Assembly (NCBI GenBank): GCA_004022145.1
Contig: RCNU01000001.1
Origin: Paecilomyces variotii
Taxonomy: Eukaryota
Reading direction: 5' to 3' (one strand)
DNA: 64,000 nucleotides
Position numbers and translations under genes: made by a program
Shown: positions 25,558 to 37,767 of the stretch, in pieces
Layout: every line of letters begins with the position of its first letter
Position numbering within the stretch: the stretch's first letter is position 1
Notes under the pieces: model-generated
Databases searched by the model: none
What the model was told of the DNA's origin: nothing
What the model saw: the letters and a program-made list of their open reading frames with translations, nothing else

Positions 25558-26754
25558 CTAGACACCAAAGGCCTCCAACTCCTTTGCCAACTCTACCATC
25601 CACCCGTCTACTCGATCCACAAATCGCCCCTTCGGGACAAATGAAGTAAACCATCTCATCAAATTCGCCACCTTGTACGCCTTCTCTTGACTTTCGCTCG
25701 TGAACTCAGCATCCTTTACCAGATACTCCCCTCCCTCTTCGCGACACATCTGTGCGAACCGCTCTCTCAGCCTGTTCTTCTCATTATAAGATTCCTCTCC
25801 GTCTCGACAATTCCAGAGGAACGCCCGCGGCGGATCCCAGAGCGGAAACGGAACCGTCCCGGAGAACTCCCAATCCAGAATGGCAGTGATGCGTTCTGTG
25901 GTAGGATGGTAGAGGATATTGGCGAAGTGGAGGTCTTTGTGTGCTAGGCGGATGGGGACATTATCCAGGGTCGCTGCATGTGCAGGTAGTCTTGAGATGA
26001 AGGCAGAGAGGCGTGGAAGAAGTGGTCTCAGAAAGTCGAGAGACGGGTGCATACGAGCGATACGTACGTATTTCTCGACCAGTGTAGCAATGTAAAACGT
26101 ATACGATGGGAAGGGGCCCGATATGTTTATTGTGGTATACGTTTCGCTGGGCGGGAAGTGAGTCTTGATGTCTGGCTCAAACCAGAACCACTCGTCGAGG
26201 ATAGGGCCGGGTCTGATTGTCTCTGGGTCACTAGGAGCATGAGTGAGTCCTCCGATGGAGTCAAAGGGATGAGAATGAAGCTCCTTCAATATCTCCATGA
26301 GTTGCTTCAAAATAGACTCTAATTGTCCAGGCGTGAGCGAATCGTAGATATCGGAGATGGGCACGCCCGGACATCGGTTCAGGATAATGAATTCGCGATG
26401 TAGTGAGTTTTGCGTCGAGACATCGTATGCAATCACGTCTGGGACTGGGATGCCCGTATTTTGTCGTAACCATTTGAGTACCGCGGCTTCATTCTCGGTC
26501 TTGATGTGTGGAATATGGTCGCCAGCGATACGGAGGACGAGATCGAAAGGCTCTGTTGTAGACTTTATGGAGGTTCCACGGTACACCTGCGAAATGGCTT
26601 CTGGGGCATAAGTAAGGATGTAAATCGTATGGAAAGCTGCTGTAACTTTTAACGGCTCGATCGAGATCGGTTGGGGAAGAGAGATGGAATCTAGAAGAGA
26701 GAAGATCTCTTCATCTGCGAACGGTGCGGGGAGATGATCTGTTACCCCGCCCAT
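25558..26754 (-). CDS. Aminoglycoside-phosphotransferase/choline-kinase-like (APH family) protein, intronless
   Basis: LVLRI, ENEAAVL...IPVPDVIAYD, HKDLHFANIL (HxDxxxxN) and ILDWEFSG motifs. Confidence 0.9.
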   Translation of the reverse strand: MGGVTDHLPAPFADEEIFSLLDSISLPQPISIEPLKVTAAFHTIYILTYAPEAISQVYRGTSIKSTTEPFDLVLRIAGDHIPHIKTENEAAVLKWLRQNTGIPVPDVIAYDVSTQNSLHREFIILNRCPGVPISDIYDSLTPGQLESILKQLMEILKELHSHPFDSIGGLTHAPSDPETIRPGPILDEWFWFEPDIKTHFPPSETYTTINISGPFPSYTFYIATLVEKYVRIARMHPSLDFLRPLLPRLSAFISRLPAHAATLDNVPIRLAHKDLHFANILYHPTTERITAILDWEFSGTVPFPLWDPPRAFLWNCRDGEESYNEKNRLRERFAQMCREEGGEYLVKDAEFTSESQEKAYKVANLMRWFTSFVPKGRFVDRVDGWMVELAKELEAFGV

Positions 26755-29700
26755 CTTGCGTGATCGACTGCTTTATCAATAATATCCGCACTCAATCTTC
26801 CAGGGCCAATGCGTCACAAAGTACTCGACAGTATCACTCAGTGTGACTTCAGAACAGTACGGTGGTGGTAATTTATACTATAAAATCGAATTAAGGTCGG
26901 CCGGCTCAGCCATTCAGGTCTGCTGGTAATTCTGTCCAATATAGAATGTATTGATATAGAGTGATACGGTATGATTCAGTATGAGTAATTGTGAACCATG
27001 GGACGACTTAAGGTTATCCCGTCGGTCCGTTGTTGCTCCACTGTCTTTATTCGAACTCATTCATAACGGACAACCGCGTTTATCCTTAGCATACTATCTC
27101 TCTCGCTTCTCTCTTCTCGAGTGCTGAACTTGTTGAGAACGGAGGTTTCTGCCTCGCGGCGCTATCAGACCGCAGAGAAGTCAATATCCAGAACTCTCCC
27201 TCGATGCCTAGCAGGGTCATCGTCGTCTCGCCCTGCTCTGACTGGTAACATATCTGGTTTATCTCCCGGCATAAGAGTCTCCATTGAAGAGGGGTAAAGT
27301 GCAGAAGAACGAGTATGCGTCGAATTCTTCGACCATCACATTGCCATCTTCTTCAGTGACCTATTGCAGCTAGGAAAACCTTCGACGAGACCGCAACCTC
27401 TTTCCAGATTGCTAGCCATCTTCACGACCTCATCCCAGTCACGCCGGAGAAGTGCTTAGACTCAACGAAGAGAACTTATTGCAACCTCCCCTGTCGGATG
27501 TTGCTCACACAGACATAGGAGGCGAGCTCTCAGCAAAGACCGCGACTCCCGTCAACTAATAATCCAAACGCAGTGGACTATGTCGCTTATACTTGCCGCT
27601 GTGATGTTGTTCGTTTTCGCAGCTGCATTCTTAACAAGCAAATTGCTAGCATCACATCACCAGTTGCTCCATGTTGGATTTGAGCTCATCATATTCGCAA
27701 CGCAACCGAAACTACTGCTCCCTGAAGTTCTATAAAATGTCAATATATATGATTATATCGTTGCTAGGATTTATCGTTCAGAATTTGGGGCACCCTATGA
27801 ATGTCTGTTCTCGGTCTTCTGAATCCTCACTGTGTCTTGTGTCTGCTCTTCTCTCCCACATTTCTTCGTCCTGATTTTCTCGATTCACTGGACGATCTTC
27901 TTCAAACTGTTGCCTTTCCCCTCCATGGTCCCATGGACTAAAAAATCTCTAATTCCTCTCGATCATGAGGATTCTATCTGTTCTTTGTACTCAGATACTC
28001 AATCTCTAGTTGCTCTTGAAGTTACACATGTCGGTTCTTTTATCCTCTTTCACATTCCTTTCAGTGGAGTCTTCCCAACCGTTCTTTTTTCCTCTCTGCG
28101 ATACCAGTCAACAGGATAGGAACACCCACTGCTCTTTTCAAGTTGACTGCCACCATTGCATCTACCAGATACAACATTCTAGAGCAACTACGTGGCTGCC
28201 TAGAATGATAATATCCTCATCCACTCCCCAATGTTCCGAGAGAAACCATGATGCCCCTGCACTGTTCCTCGTTGTCGGCTACTTGTGCTGGCAGTGTATC
28301 TATCACATTCCCTTGCGTGGCAAACAGAAAACTTCTGTACTTTTGCACTTTACAGATTGAGAGCAGAGCAACTGACGTATGGGCATAAAGCGTACTCCCA
28401 TCAAATAATGACTCGGCTATAATTACGACGAAGGAGACTTCACATTTTTATCTTTGTCACAATCTGAGGATAGTTGTCTAAAATTAGCCAGATGATACTA
28501 ATCACCCAGATCAACACCGCCTACGGACCGACCGGAATCGGATACCTTCGGCTACCATGGAGCTTTTACTCCACACGGCTGCCCCGTTTGATTCTGGGGC
28601 TGCTCCACGTTCTGCCCTTGTCTCTCTCGGTTCCATATACTTTTCCAGCAGTGGCGTAGTTTCTCTTTGTGCCCTGTCTCACAAACGTTGGCTTGTCATA
28701 CTCTGCGGTGAGCAGTCTTTCTTTAATTATTCCGTAATCAATTCTATAGGTTGGAAAAAAAAGAAAGGAAAAAGCACTGTACAGTCAGAATATAGAAACC
28801 AACGTATCAAGGTCCAAGGAGGACAACGACCAATCCCGCTTCTAGTCTACTCGACCCGGATCTACTTTTGGGAAGATCCAAATCTAAACTGTAGACTACC
28901 TTGCTCGATGCAACTATCGACGGCTGGACCCAAGTGTACTCGTAACCCCCAGGCATCAACAGACGCCATTCAGACCAGGGGAGAACGGGTTGTGGAGAAA
29001 CAACCCGAGAGAGGTTTCCAAGAAAGTTGGACATCGTCTTGGCCAGTTTGTTTATGTGGTTCCTGGCAGGTCTGATTTCTTTGAGTTTTGCTCCATGGGG
29101 CACACTGTCTTAATAGCGTAGATCTCAGAATGGCCCACTCCGTATGCTTCCGGAGACGGTCTGAATTTCTAGAACTTGAATTTTGATGAGCGGTTTCTTT
29201 TTTTTGCTAGATAGATAGTTAGTACTTTACTTTTTGTGTAGAGGACATGCGGCGTAAAATAATAATCAAAGCGCTTTAACTATCTGCAGACTCTACTGTA
29301 AGCCGTTGCGCCGCAAAAGTGTCACGCAGCGATACTTACATGCTAGCCTACTACTTACGGCCGGCATCTGTCTCTACCTACTAACTTTATTCAATCTATA
29401 TAACCACAAATCTCTACTTTTCCTGCACTCCGTATATTATTTCAATGACAGCACTACATTTGCATAGAGTAGTGTATTCTAGAAGGTTGAGAGAAGGGAG
29501 ATTATAAAGATCAGCATCGACTACGAAAGATCGGCAGTAACTATCATGCGGTGTGGATCGACTGTACGCGTGTGTCTCTGCCAGGAACGGTGGAGAGGTT
29601 GACAAGGAAAGCTTTCCAACGAGGATCAAGGAATCAGGCACGGTCAAAGCACCAGAGATCGAGTCACACGTACCCCGTAGACTAATCTGTATAACATTCT

Positions 29701-30143
29701 ATTGGAGTAATCAAGTGCTTCGAATCGTTTATTCCATCGGACGGCCCAGGGTCCATCCTAAACTAGTTAATATGGTTCGTTGAAAGCAAGTGCCCCCGGA
29801 TCCACTACCCCGTAGTATACACTGGTTAGCAAGGTCCATCCGCATCATAAGTTAGTTAGCTGTCCTACTCTGTAGAGTATAACACGATGTCGGCGCAGAA
29901 ACTCTCCGAAACGTCTTGCCCTGTCTGTGAATGATCTACGTCAATTGCTATAATTAACTGGAACAGGGGGAAGGGTTTAATGTCTAAGAGATTCAGGTCA
30001 TCCTCGGGTAAGCTTGCCAGAAGAAACATATAAATACCCCTTCGAATCCTACAAGCTCTACAGTACTCTCAGAAGAATCAAACACATCCTTCTATCTATC
30101 CTCTCAACGTCCTCAAGAAATCCACACGACGTCTCCCGCAAAA

Positions 30144-30431
30144 ATGCGTTTCTCTTTCCTCGCTGCTCTTGCCCTCATCGGCGCTGCTGCCGCTCAGAAC
30201 ACGGTTCGATATGACCTCTATTCACTTTTCTTCTCAGAATCTCTAGACTAACTCGAATATTCAGATTGCCTCCGGCCAGCCCTGCAAGAAGGACGGAAGC
30301 ATGGGTATCTGCCAGTCTGGACTCTGCATTGTACGTATTTCACTATTCCAAAGAAATATGTTCTGAACGTATAACTAACGTGTATCGATTAACAGCAAGA
30401 GCCCAACCAGGCCCAGGGTGTCTGCAAATAA
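30144..30431 (+). CDS. Small secreted cysteine-rich peptide, 53 aa, 3 exons (30144-30203, 30265-30330, 30396-30431)
   Basis: Spliced product is MRFSFLAALALIGAAAAQNTIASGQPCKKDGSMGICQSGLCIQEPNQAQGVCK*. Two phase-0 GT-AG introns each have a CTAAC branch site. TATAAATA lies at about 30028 and the start context is CAAAAATG. Confidence 0.85.
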
Positions 30432-31617
30432 GTGCCTGAATAATAGGTTCAGAAGAACTGAAATGGGAACGGGTATAAAAGCTGCGTGGGAGATATGTGA
30501 TCGGGTCTTTTGTTTGGAAAAAATCAAAGCTTATATACCACTCGATTCTCCTGTAGCAAATATTGAAACATTTCATTTCGTCAGGATAATTTCCGTTGCC
30601 TTGGTAATTCCTACAGCAGGAATTAGCAAACTAGCTTTGTGATATTGTCAACGCTTACCCCGCTGTACTGTGCGCAAACCCAGCGCAACACGTCTCGACT
30701 ATTTCAAATAAAGAATATGAGGAATCGTCAGCTAATTAACTAGCAGGCACCATACGCGTTAAAGAGAGGATTCCGCATCCGTAATACTAGAGTATGACAT
30801 AGTAGCAGAGCCAGCGTTCGAGCTCTTTGTAACTCACTTCTTAGAACATGAACAGGTCGTAAATTTCGGTAGTTTCAGGTAGTCAAGCAACCAAGAAGAC
30901 ATATCCCAATCACATACCTAGCTTCCATTTCTGCTTCTGTAATCCTAGGACTTGGCAAACTGACAAGGTTCCTTGTGGTAGGATGCTTTGTGGGAACTAT
31001 TAGTGCTCAGGCCGCCGTTGATATACAAATCTCATGCCAATCTTAAAAGCTCCCGCTCCCCAATGGATATAATTTCCAGCTATTCTGCGGGGCGTTCGCA
31101 GCCTGTTAAAAGCCTGTTTGGATTCTAAGAGACTTTGGAGACACACCATTTCTCCTAGTTTGCACACTACAGTGCTGCTACACGTGGTATATAGTATGAA
31201 ATCAATCCTCCAAGTAAGCGTTACGCGGCCTGATATCTACACCCTGGAAATAAGATGGTAAATAATAATGTAGTTACTTTAATTTTCCTTGCTAACAACC
31301 AGTTAACTTCCTTTTATTACATGAGACGCCTTGCTTCGAGTTGTATCATCCAAATTTCCTCTTTATATTACATGGGCGGACGTGTCGAAACATCAGTGAC
31401 TTAAGAAAACAGCACTTCAGGCTGCAACATGACCAAAGCAAAGCTAACCCACATTATGCGCCGGCAATGCGATCAGTCCTCTTGAAAAACAAGGCTAGAA
31501 AAGGGCTAAGTGTCGATCACCCCACCCCTGAGCAATAGAATCTATGGGTAGAGAAGAGAGGGGGTCGTATTATACAGATGAGGAGGGAGGTAGCAAAACC
31601 TAAGCCAGCTCTCTGGC

Positions 31618-32922
31618 TTATGAAGTGGCCCCCATGAGACGTAAGATTGCCTCGTACCTGGGACGTAGTTAGCTATCTGATTTTAGGTTATTGCAGGATG
31701 CGTTGGATTGCACTTACATTCCAAACATGATAGCAGCAGAAGGAACAACACGCAGAAGGTGAGGCGTAAGACCACCGTACAATCCTGCCATGCCCTCTTC
31801 CTTCCACACAAGCTTGAAGCATTGAACAAGCCCGGTGTATTTCATCTGGACCTGACCATCTCCAACTGAGACGGTGGGAGCTTGCCTCAGTCGTGTACGC
31901 ACAACTTCATGCGGGTACGTGGCAGCTGCGGCTATCAATTTCGCTAGACCAGCGGCCGTGATTCTTCCACCCCATAGCTCAACATCATCCCAGAAACTGT
32001 GGACATGTGCTGGGTCAGCCTCCTTGGCCGCTTGGCGGCGGGCGAAGAACATCTTCCCTTGTTCGTACATGACCCATTGGACGGACGACTCCGTAACACC
32101 AAGATACGAAGCCGAAAGACCTTTGTATAGACCCCGAATTCCTTCCTGCCGCACAGTCTGCTTGATGCAGTCCCAACTGTTCTTATACTGGCGGCCTCTT
32201 CCATGCTCCGCATTCGACTTGTCTAGCTGCAGTCGCGTCTTGACAAGCCAAATTGGATTTGTGGCCGTTCCTGTCGCAATCCCCGCCATCGCGGCCGATG
32301 CCAGGTGGACACCCCATGGAGTCTCCTTCGCACCAGCGTAGCCAAAATAGTCACTCAGTATACGCTTTCCGTTTCCATAAACATAGAAGTTGATAGCACG
32401 CGCGGGGACGACGCCGATCAAGTTGGGTCCCAGGCCCTTAAACAGAGCGCGCCACCCTTCATGGACGTGTATCGAGCGCAGAATCTGGAAGGTCTCGCTG
32501 AAATGGAGCAGGGCAATGCGTGGAAGTGTAACTAGCGGTGAGCCTGCCTTGGGAAGTGGGTGTGCTTCGCGGAGGGCTCGTAATTGTGATTGATAAAAGT
32601 CTGATTGAAGACGGGTTTTGAGGACATCGAGCGGCGACGTGAGGGTTGCGGCAGTCATACCACCAACTCTGCATGGCAATCAGTATCAGAGAGGATGAAT
32701 AGCGAAACGAATCCTCCCAACATACCCTCCAGCGACGAAATGCGCAAATGGCTTAGCTGTGGGCTTGCTCTCCGCATCCTGGACTGAAGGCAGCGATGAC
32801 TCTGGCACCACATCCCCCATCTCTCTGGACTGTGGAATAACATTTGGTTGCAAATCAGCATATTTCTCACCACCCAGATGCGCCTGCGCAGAGCTGGCGT
32901 GAGAAGTTGTCGGGTATGTCAT
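31618..32922 (-). CDS. RIM2: Mitochondrial carrier Rim2 (pyrimidine nucleotide transporter), 3 exons
   Basis: AHFVAGG/VGGMTAATLTSPLDVLKTRLQSD, NPIWLVKTRLQLD, YPHEVVRTRLRQ and GLTPHLLRVVP: three carrier signature repeats with Rim2-specific context. Confidence 0.92.
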
Positions 32923-34170
32923 AGGCACGGTCGGAGTCAAGTAATTTACTCTAGCTGTCGAGTAACGAGATACGCATCAGACCGACGGCGGTGGATCAGG
33001 GTTCGAAGGCCAAGATGACGATATTATAACATGGACTCTCCTAGATGATATAGCTAAATGTACAATGTCTGAAAAGACAACAATAGGAAAGTGTAGAAAG
33101 TCTTTTGTTGCAACGGAGGCAAAAGTGTCGGGCCAGCTCTCTTGACCGCGCTGGTAACTTTTTTTCGCGGAGTTCGGTCCTCTTTGCCTTCCCCGATTGC
33201 AAATCTGCACAGCCAATCGGACGGAGCTTAGCCGGCGGCTGCTTGATCCACTGTCGACCGCCTTGAAGACAGAACTGATTGAGATGAATTGCTGAGAGAC
33301 GAAGTCGGTAGAAATAATGTATACAAGGTTGAAGTGGTTGTTAGTAGCTCCAGCATGACTGAAGAATCCTGCTGGCGCCATCCTGCACCCCGTGCAAAGG
33401 CCATGAATCCAGACTCCAATTGCTCGTACATAGAGGGCACTGTCTAAACTTGGACCAGCAGAGAAAACTAGCTGAGAAGATCATACTTGAGGATGTGGAA
33501 CTTGCATAGCAATTGCATGATAGCAGCGTCTATTTCAGGCAAGAATGTCTGGATCCAAGAAGGAAGAGACTGGTACTCCGGGCTGCGTTTTTTCCATCTA
33601 CTCCGGATACAAATTGTATCTTTTGAACCAAGCTCTCCTCTTTATTACTTAGAAACCACCAAATATGGCTGCAGAGGCGAACATTACTGATATGGAAAAC
33701 ATTTTTATGATAGACCGTGAACGGCGTGGCCAGTGCTTGGTGACCTCACTTGAGACCGTGGGCGTATCCTGGCAAGTGTAGTGGGCAAAATATTCATAAA
33801 AGGATGGAAGTGTCTATTATGTTCACTGCTGCATTGCTATAGTGCTCCCGAACCACCAGTATTGGCAGAGTAGGACAATGAAACAGAGTCTAGATGGAGT
33901 AGTGCGTTTCCATGTGTCGTCGCAAAATCTGCAAGAGCCAGGGAAGACCGAAGACCGGCGGAAACTGGCGGAAGGAGGGATGAGATATGGAACGCGAGTG
34001 CTTTTGAAAACCTCGAGGATATATTCTTTTTTCTCATTTAGGGGAATCTATGCACAGGCTATAGGGTGCCAGAAGTTCCCCGACCATTTTGCTTCATAGC
34101 ATGCAAAGTCCATCCTTTCACGGTAAACCCAGAAAACACCAAACAACCGCATCATCCGAATACCGATCCT

Positions 34171-34888
34171 TTAGATGTGGGTGTCGTAGGGGATGGGGGT
34201 GATAGTCTCGGGGAAGTTGCTCTCGGAGCTGACAACGTGGGCGTCGCGGGGCATGACGGGCTGGCGCTTCAGGTGCAGGTGAATACCCTGCTCCTTGGCC
34301 TGGCGCTTCTTGATGGCGTTCTCCTTGACACGGTGGATGAACTCCTCACGAGAGCGGGAGTGAGAAACGTGCTCGATGCGGACGTTGATACGCTTCTCGA
34401 GGTAGCGGTTGCCGACACGCTTGTAGATGATGACACCAACGGCGGACTTGGTAACGTTGTACACGACACCGGTCTTACCGTGGTAGACCTTGTAGGGCAT
34501 ACTGCAAAAAATTCTCAGCCAAAAGTTCCTTCGAGATTTCGACTGATCGCAGTGTCGACGACTGCCAAATGACCATTTCAATCCAGCGATCGGGAAGAAT
34601 ATACTGACCCCTTCTGGACGGCACCATTGACCTTGATGTCCACAATGTCACCAACCCTATCAAATTATCAGATTTCTGTAACACATATCCTTTATTTTCC
34701 ATTGAATTCGTACCGGTATTGCTTCAGGTAGGTGGACAGAGGGATGACGCCGTGGTTCTTGAAGCCGCGCGAGAAGGCATACTGTAATTCGACAGTCAGC
34801 GTACCGATCGAATCGCAATTTTTTCGCATTGACAGTTATTTCGACAACATACCCGCGTGCCCTTTCTCAAACCGTGAGAGTGACCCAT
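34171..34888 (-). CDS. RPL21: 60S ribosomal protein L21 (eL21), 4 exons
   Basis: MGHSHGLRKGTR/YAFSRGFKNHG...GAVQKG/MPYKVYHGKTGVVYNVTKSAVG...PYDTHI. Confidence 0.97.
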
Positions 34889-35012
34889 CTCGGCGGTGTT
34901 ATGGTGCTGGTGTGATGAAGCGTTGTCGACAACGAAGAAGTGCCTCTCTCTGCCGCACTTTGACGATGCTCGTCGGTCGCGGGAGAGTTAGTGCGCAACT
35001 TTCGGCCGCCTC

Positions 35013-35024
35013 AGGGCTAACCCT
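35013..35024. promoter_or_regulatory. Tbf1-like ribosomal-protein promoter element in the RPL21/RPS9 bidirectional promoter
   Basis: Quasi-palindrome AGGGCTAACCCT, followed by CTAGCCC, near the middle of the 278-bp intergenic region. It resembles the Tbf1-type RP-gene motif of non-Saccharomyces ascomycetes. Confidence 0.5.
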
Positions 35025-35166
35025 TGCACTAGCCCCCATTCAGACTGCGCCGTCGCTCGCTTAGCGCCAGCCTCAACTCACCCGCTCTTAGACTTCAAAC
35101 TTCTGAAATTCGTGAAGTTCGTTCTATCTTCAACCCTCGACAACCAGGAACCGCAGCCCAGCAGCC

Positions 35167-36102
35167 ATGGCCCCGTGAGTATACGACACATGAGAAGCGC
35201 GCATCGAAAGCCATTCTAACAAAAATGCGTTACACAGGCGATCCTACTCCAAGACCTACAAGGTCCCTCGTAGACGTGAGTATTCCTGATTTGGAACAAG
35301 ATATCGAAATTGAATATATTCGCTAACTATCATGCAGCTTTCGAGTCGGCTCGTCTGTTAGTACTTCCCGGCCACTAAGCAGCAGCGTGCTGTTGTTTAT
35401 GTCGTGTTGTTCCAATGCCCTAACTTCTTATCGATAGTGACTCGGAATTGAAGATCGTCGGCGAGTACGGTCTGCGCAACAAGCGTGAGGTCTGGCGCGT
35501 CCAGCTGACCTTGTCCAAGATCCGTCGTGCTGCTCGGTATGTCTCGAGATTTGGTCCCGTGCGCGATTCGAATAGCGTCGCGACTGGGAATTGGTCTTCA
35601 AATACGGGAAAGGTACTAACGGTGGATACCTAGTGAGCTGCTCACTCTTGACGACAAGGACCCCAAGCGTCTCTTCGAGGGTAACGCCTTGATTCGCCGT
35701 CTCGTCCGTGTCGGTGTCCTCGATGAGTCTCGCATGAAGCTCGATTACGTCCTGGCCCTTAAGGTCGAGGACTTCTTGGAGCGCCGTCTGCAGACCTGCG
35801 TCTACAAGCTTGGTCTCGCCAAGTCTATCCACCACGCCCGTGTCCTGATCAAGCAGCGCCACATCCGGTACGCATACCATGATATATTGAGGGGACTTTA
35901 TATATGCTGACTTATTTTGTCTAGTGTCGGCAAGCAGATCGTCAACGTTCCTTCTTACATGGTCCGCCTCGACTCCCAGAAGCACATTGACTTCGCTCTC
36001 ACCTCTCCCTTCGGTGGTGGCCGCCCTGGCCGTGTTCGCCGCAAGAAGGCCCGTGCCGCTGAGGGTGCTGGTGACGAGGAGGGTGAAGAGGACGAGGAGT
36101 AG
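35167..36102 (+). CDS. RPS9: 40S ribosomal protein S9 (uS4), 6 exons
   Basis: [42 protein letters not shown]...[10 protein letters not shown]...DSQKHIDF...GRPGRVRRK. Confidence 0.97.
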
Positions 36103-36369
36103 ATCAATAAAAGTTAGGAAGTCTACGGACAATTTCTCTTTTTCGGATGGGATTTCAGGGCCATCGCTGCATAGCGTTACATGGTGTATGATTACGAAGT
36201 CAATACCAATCCAAGCTATCAAGCTGGCTTCCTTTCTGAGCAGATCTGCTGCAGGATACTCCATTTCCTCTAAATCAAGACTGTGTAGCTTCATAACTTG
36301 AGCATATTCCTATTAACACCGTAACCCAGTAGCCATCATTATAATCGTAAAGCGCGGCGCAGACCAATT

Positions 36370-37434
36370 TCAGCCTTCCACGCCCAGCAATTGTTTCAGA
36401 CTCTCTTCTGTACCCCTGTACCATCTTCCCATCTCTTCCAGTCCGTCACTCTCGCCCTCGCGCTTCCTCCTTTGCGCTTCTTTGGCCTGTGCCACAGCTT
36501 CGCCCTTCTTCCTTTCCAACACCCCCAGCTCTCGCTCCATAGCTTCGGCCTCTCTTGTCTTCCGCGGAAGCGTGTTCTGTAGCGAAGCTAACTGTCGGTT
36601 CAGGGCGGCTAACTCAGCCTCACGTTCTGAAAGTAATGCGAGAGTGGCGGGCAGAGGAAGGTTCTGTGATGATGAGACGTCATCAGTGGTGGTAATTTGT
36701 TTCGCACGTAATATCGCGATGGTGGACTCAAGGTTCTGAATTGATTCTGGGAGAGTCGAAAGTTGTGTCGTCTGCAGTTGGATATTCTTGTAGCCTGGAT
36801 ATGGAAATGTTCAGCAGACATTTCTTTTCCCGGTGGTAGCGCAGTTGTTGAATCGATTTTGCGACATGGGGACATCCAAAATGGAATGGAAAATACTCAC
36901 GGCTCGCAAGATCTCTCCCCATCTTTTCCATCTCTTCAACCATGACTCTAACTTCCTCCTTGCGCTGCTTGAGCTCTGCTTTCACCTCCGCAAGCTGCGC
37001 CTCGAGTTCAACATTCTCATTGTGTCCAACGACCAGAGGCGGATCGCCTACAATCGCACGGAGAAACTTTTCCTTGGTGACTTGCTCTATATACGAAAAG
37101 CGGAGTTTTGAGAAGAGTTCCTAGAGCCTATTATCAGTTTCTCATTCATATTAAACCGGACCTGCACATAACTAAGCCCAGCAAAACATGAACCACAACT
37201 CACTTTATAATGTGTCAAATCCGCTTCCAAAGAAGAAGGCGTAGGCGTATCCAGTGCATCGATAGATGCGTCTGATCTGCGCTTAGATGGAGAGCGAGTT
37301 GGTTTTGGAACGTCATCTGTTGCAAGAATGGATTCGCTGATCCGGAGAATGGCGAGCTGTTTCTTCGGATCGCCCTGCTCTTTTTGGAGCTGTTGCAATT
37401 TCGATAATGCTTTAGACGGAGATATAGGCGCCAT
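36370..37434 (-). CDS. sos7: Kinetochore protein Sos7 (Kre28/Zwint-like Spc105 partner), 3 exons
   Basis: LEADLTHYK/ELFSKLRFSYIEQVTKEKFLRAIVGDPP...ENVELE motif, coiled coil, and C-terminal LEEMGRWYRG. Confidence 0.8.
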
Positions 37435-37767
37435 GTCGTCAAGCCTTCAAAATCCTTCTGATCGTTAAAGGTCTGACGTGACAAGATAATATGTTAGGTG
37501 TGGTTTCGATATCAAGCGCAATTCCTGCTCCCCGCGGAGGTAAACAAATGCGTGTTTGTCCTGTTTGCGGCGGTGAAGTCACCGAAGTTGGAGAGGTTAG
37601 TGGGCGCCGTCAACTATCGTTCTTATTCACAAAAGAACTTTTAGTAAAATGGAATTTCTTGAATAGTCATATCTCATTGCGCATGTGTCTTTAAAGTCGC
37701 ATCGTATAGACTATTCCTGTCGTCGAAGCTCTTCAGTTCCCACCCGCCAGCAATTTATCTTATCACC

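Noticed and set aside
2600-31000. Starship or secondary-metabolite cluster interpretation of the accessory-looking block
   Set aside because: No DUF3435 tyrosine recombinase, no element boundaries and no PKS/NRPS/terpene backbone gene in the window.
35428-36294. 288-aa antisense ORF over RPS9 (also 34066-34572 over RPL21)
   Set aside because: These are shadow ORFs caused by the strong codon bias of highly expressed genes.
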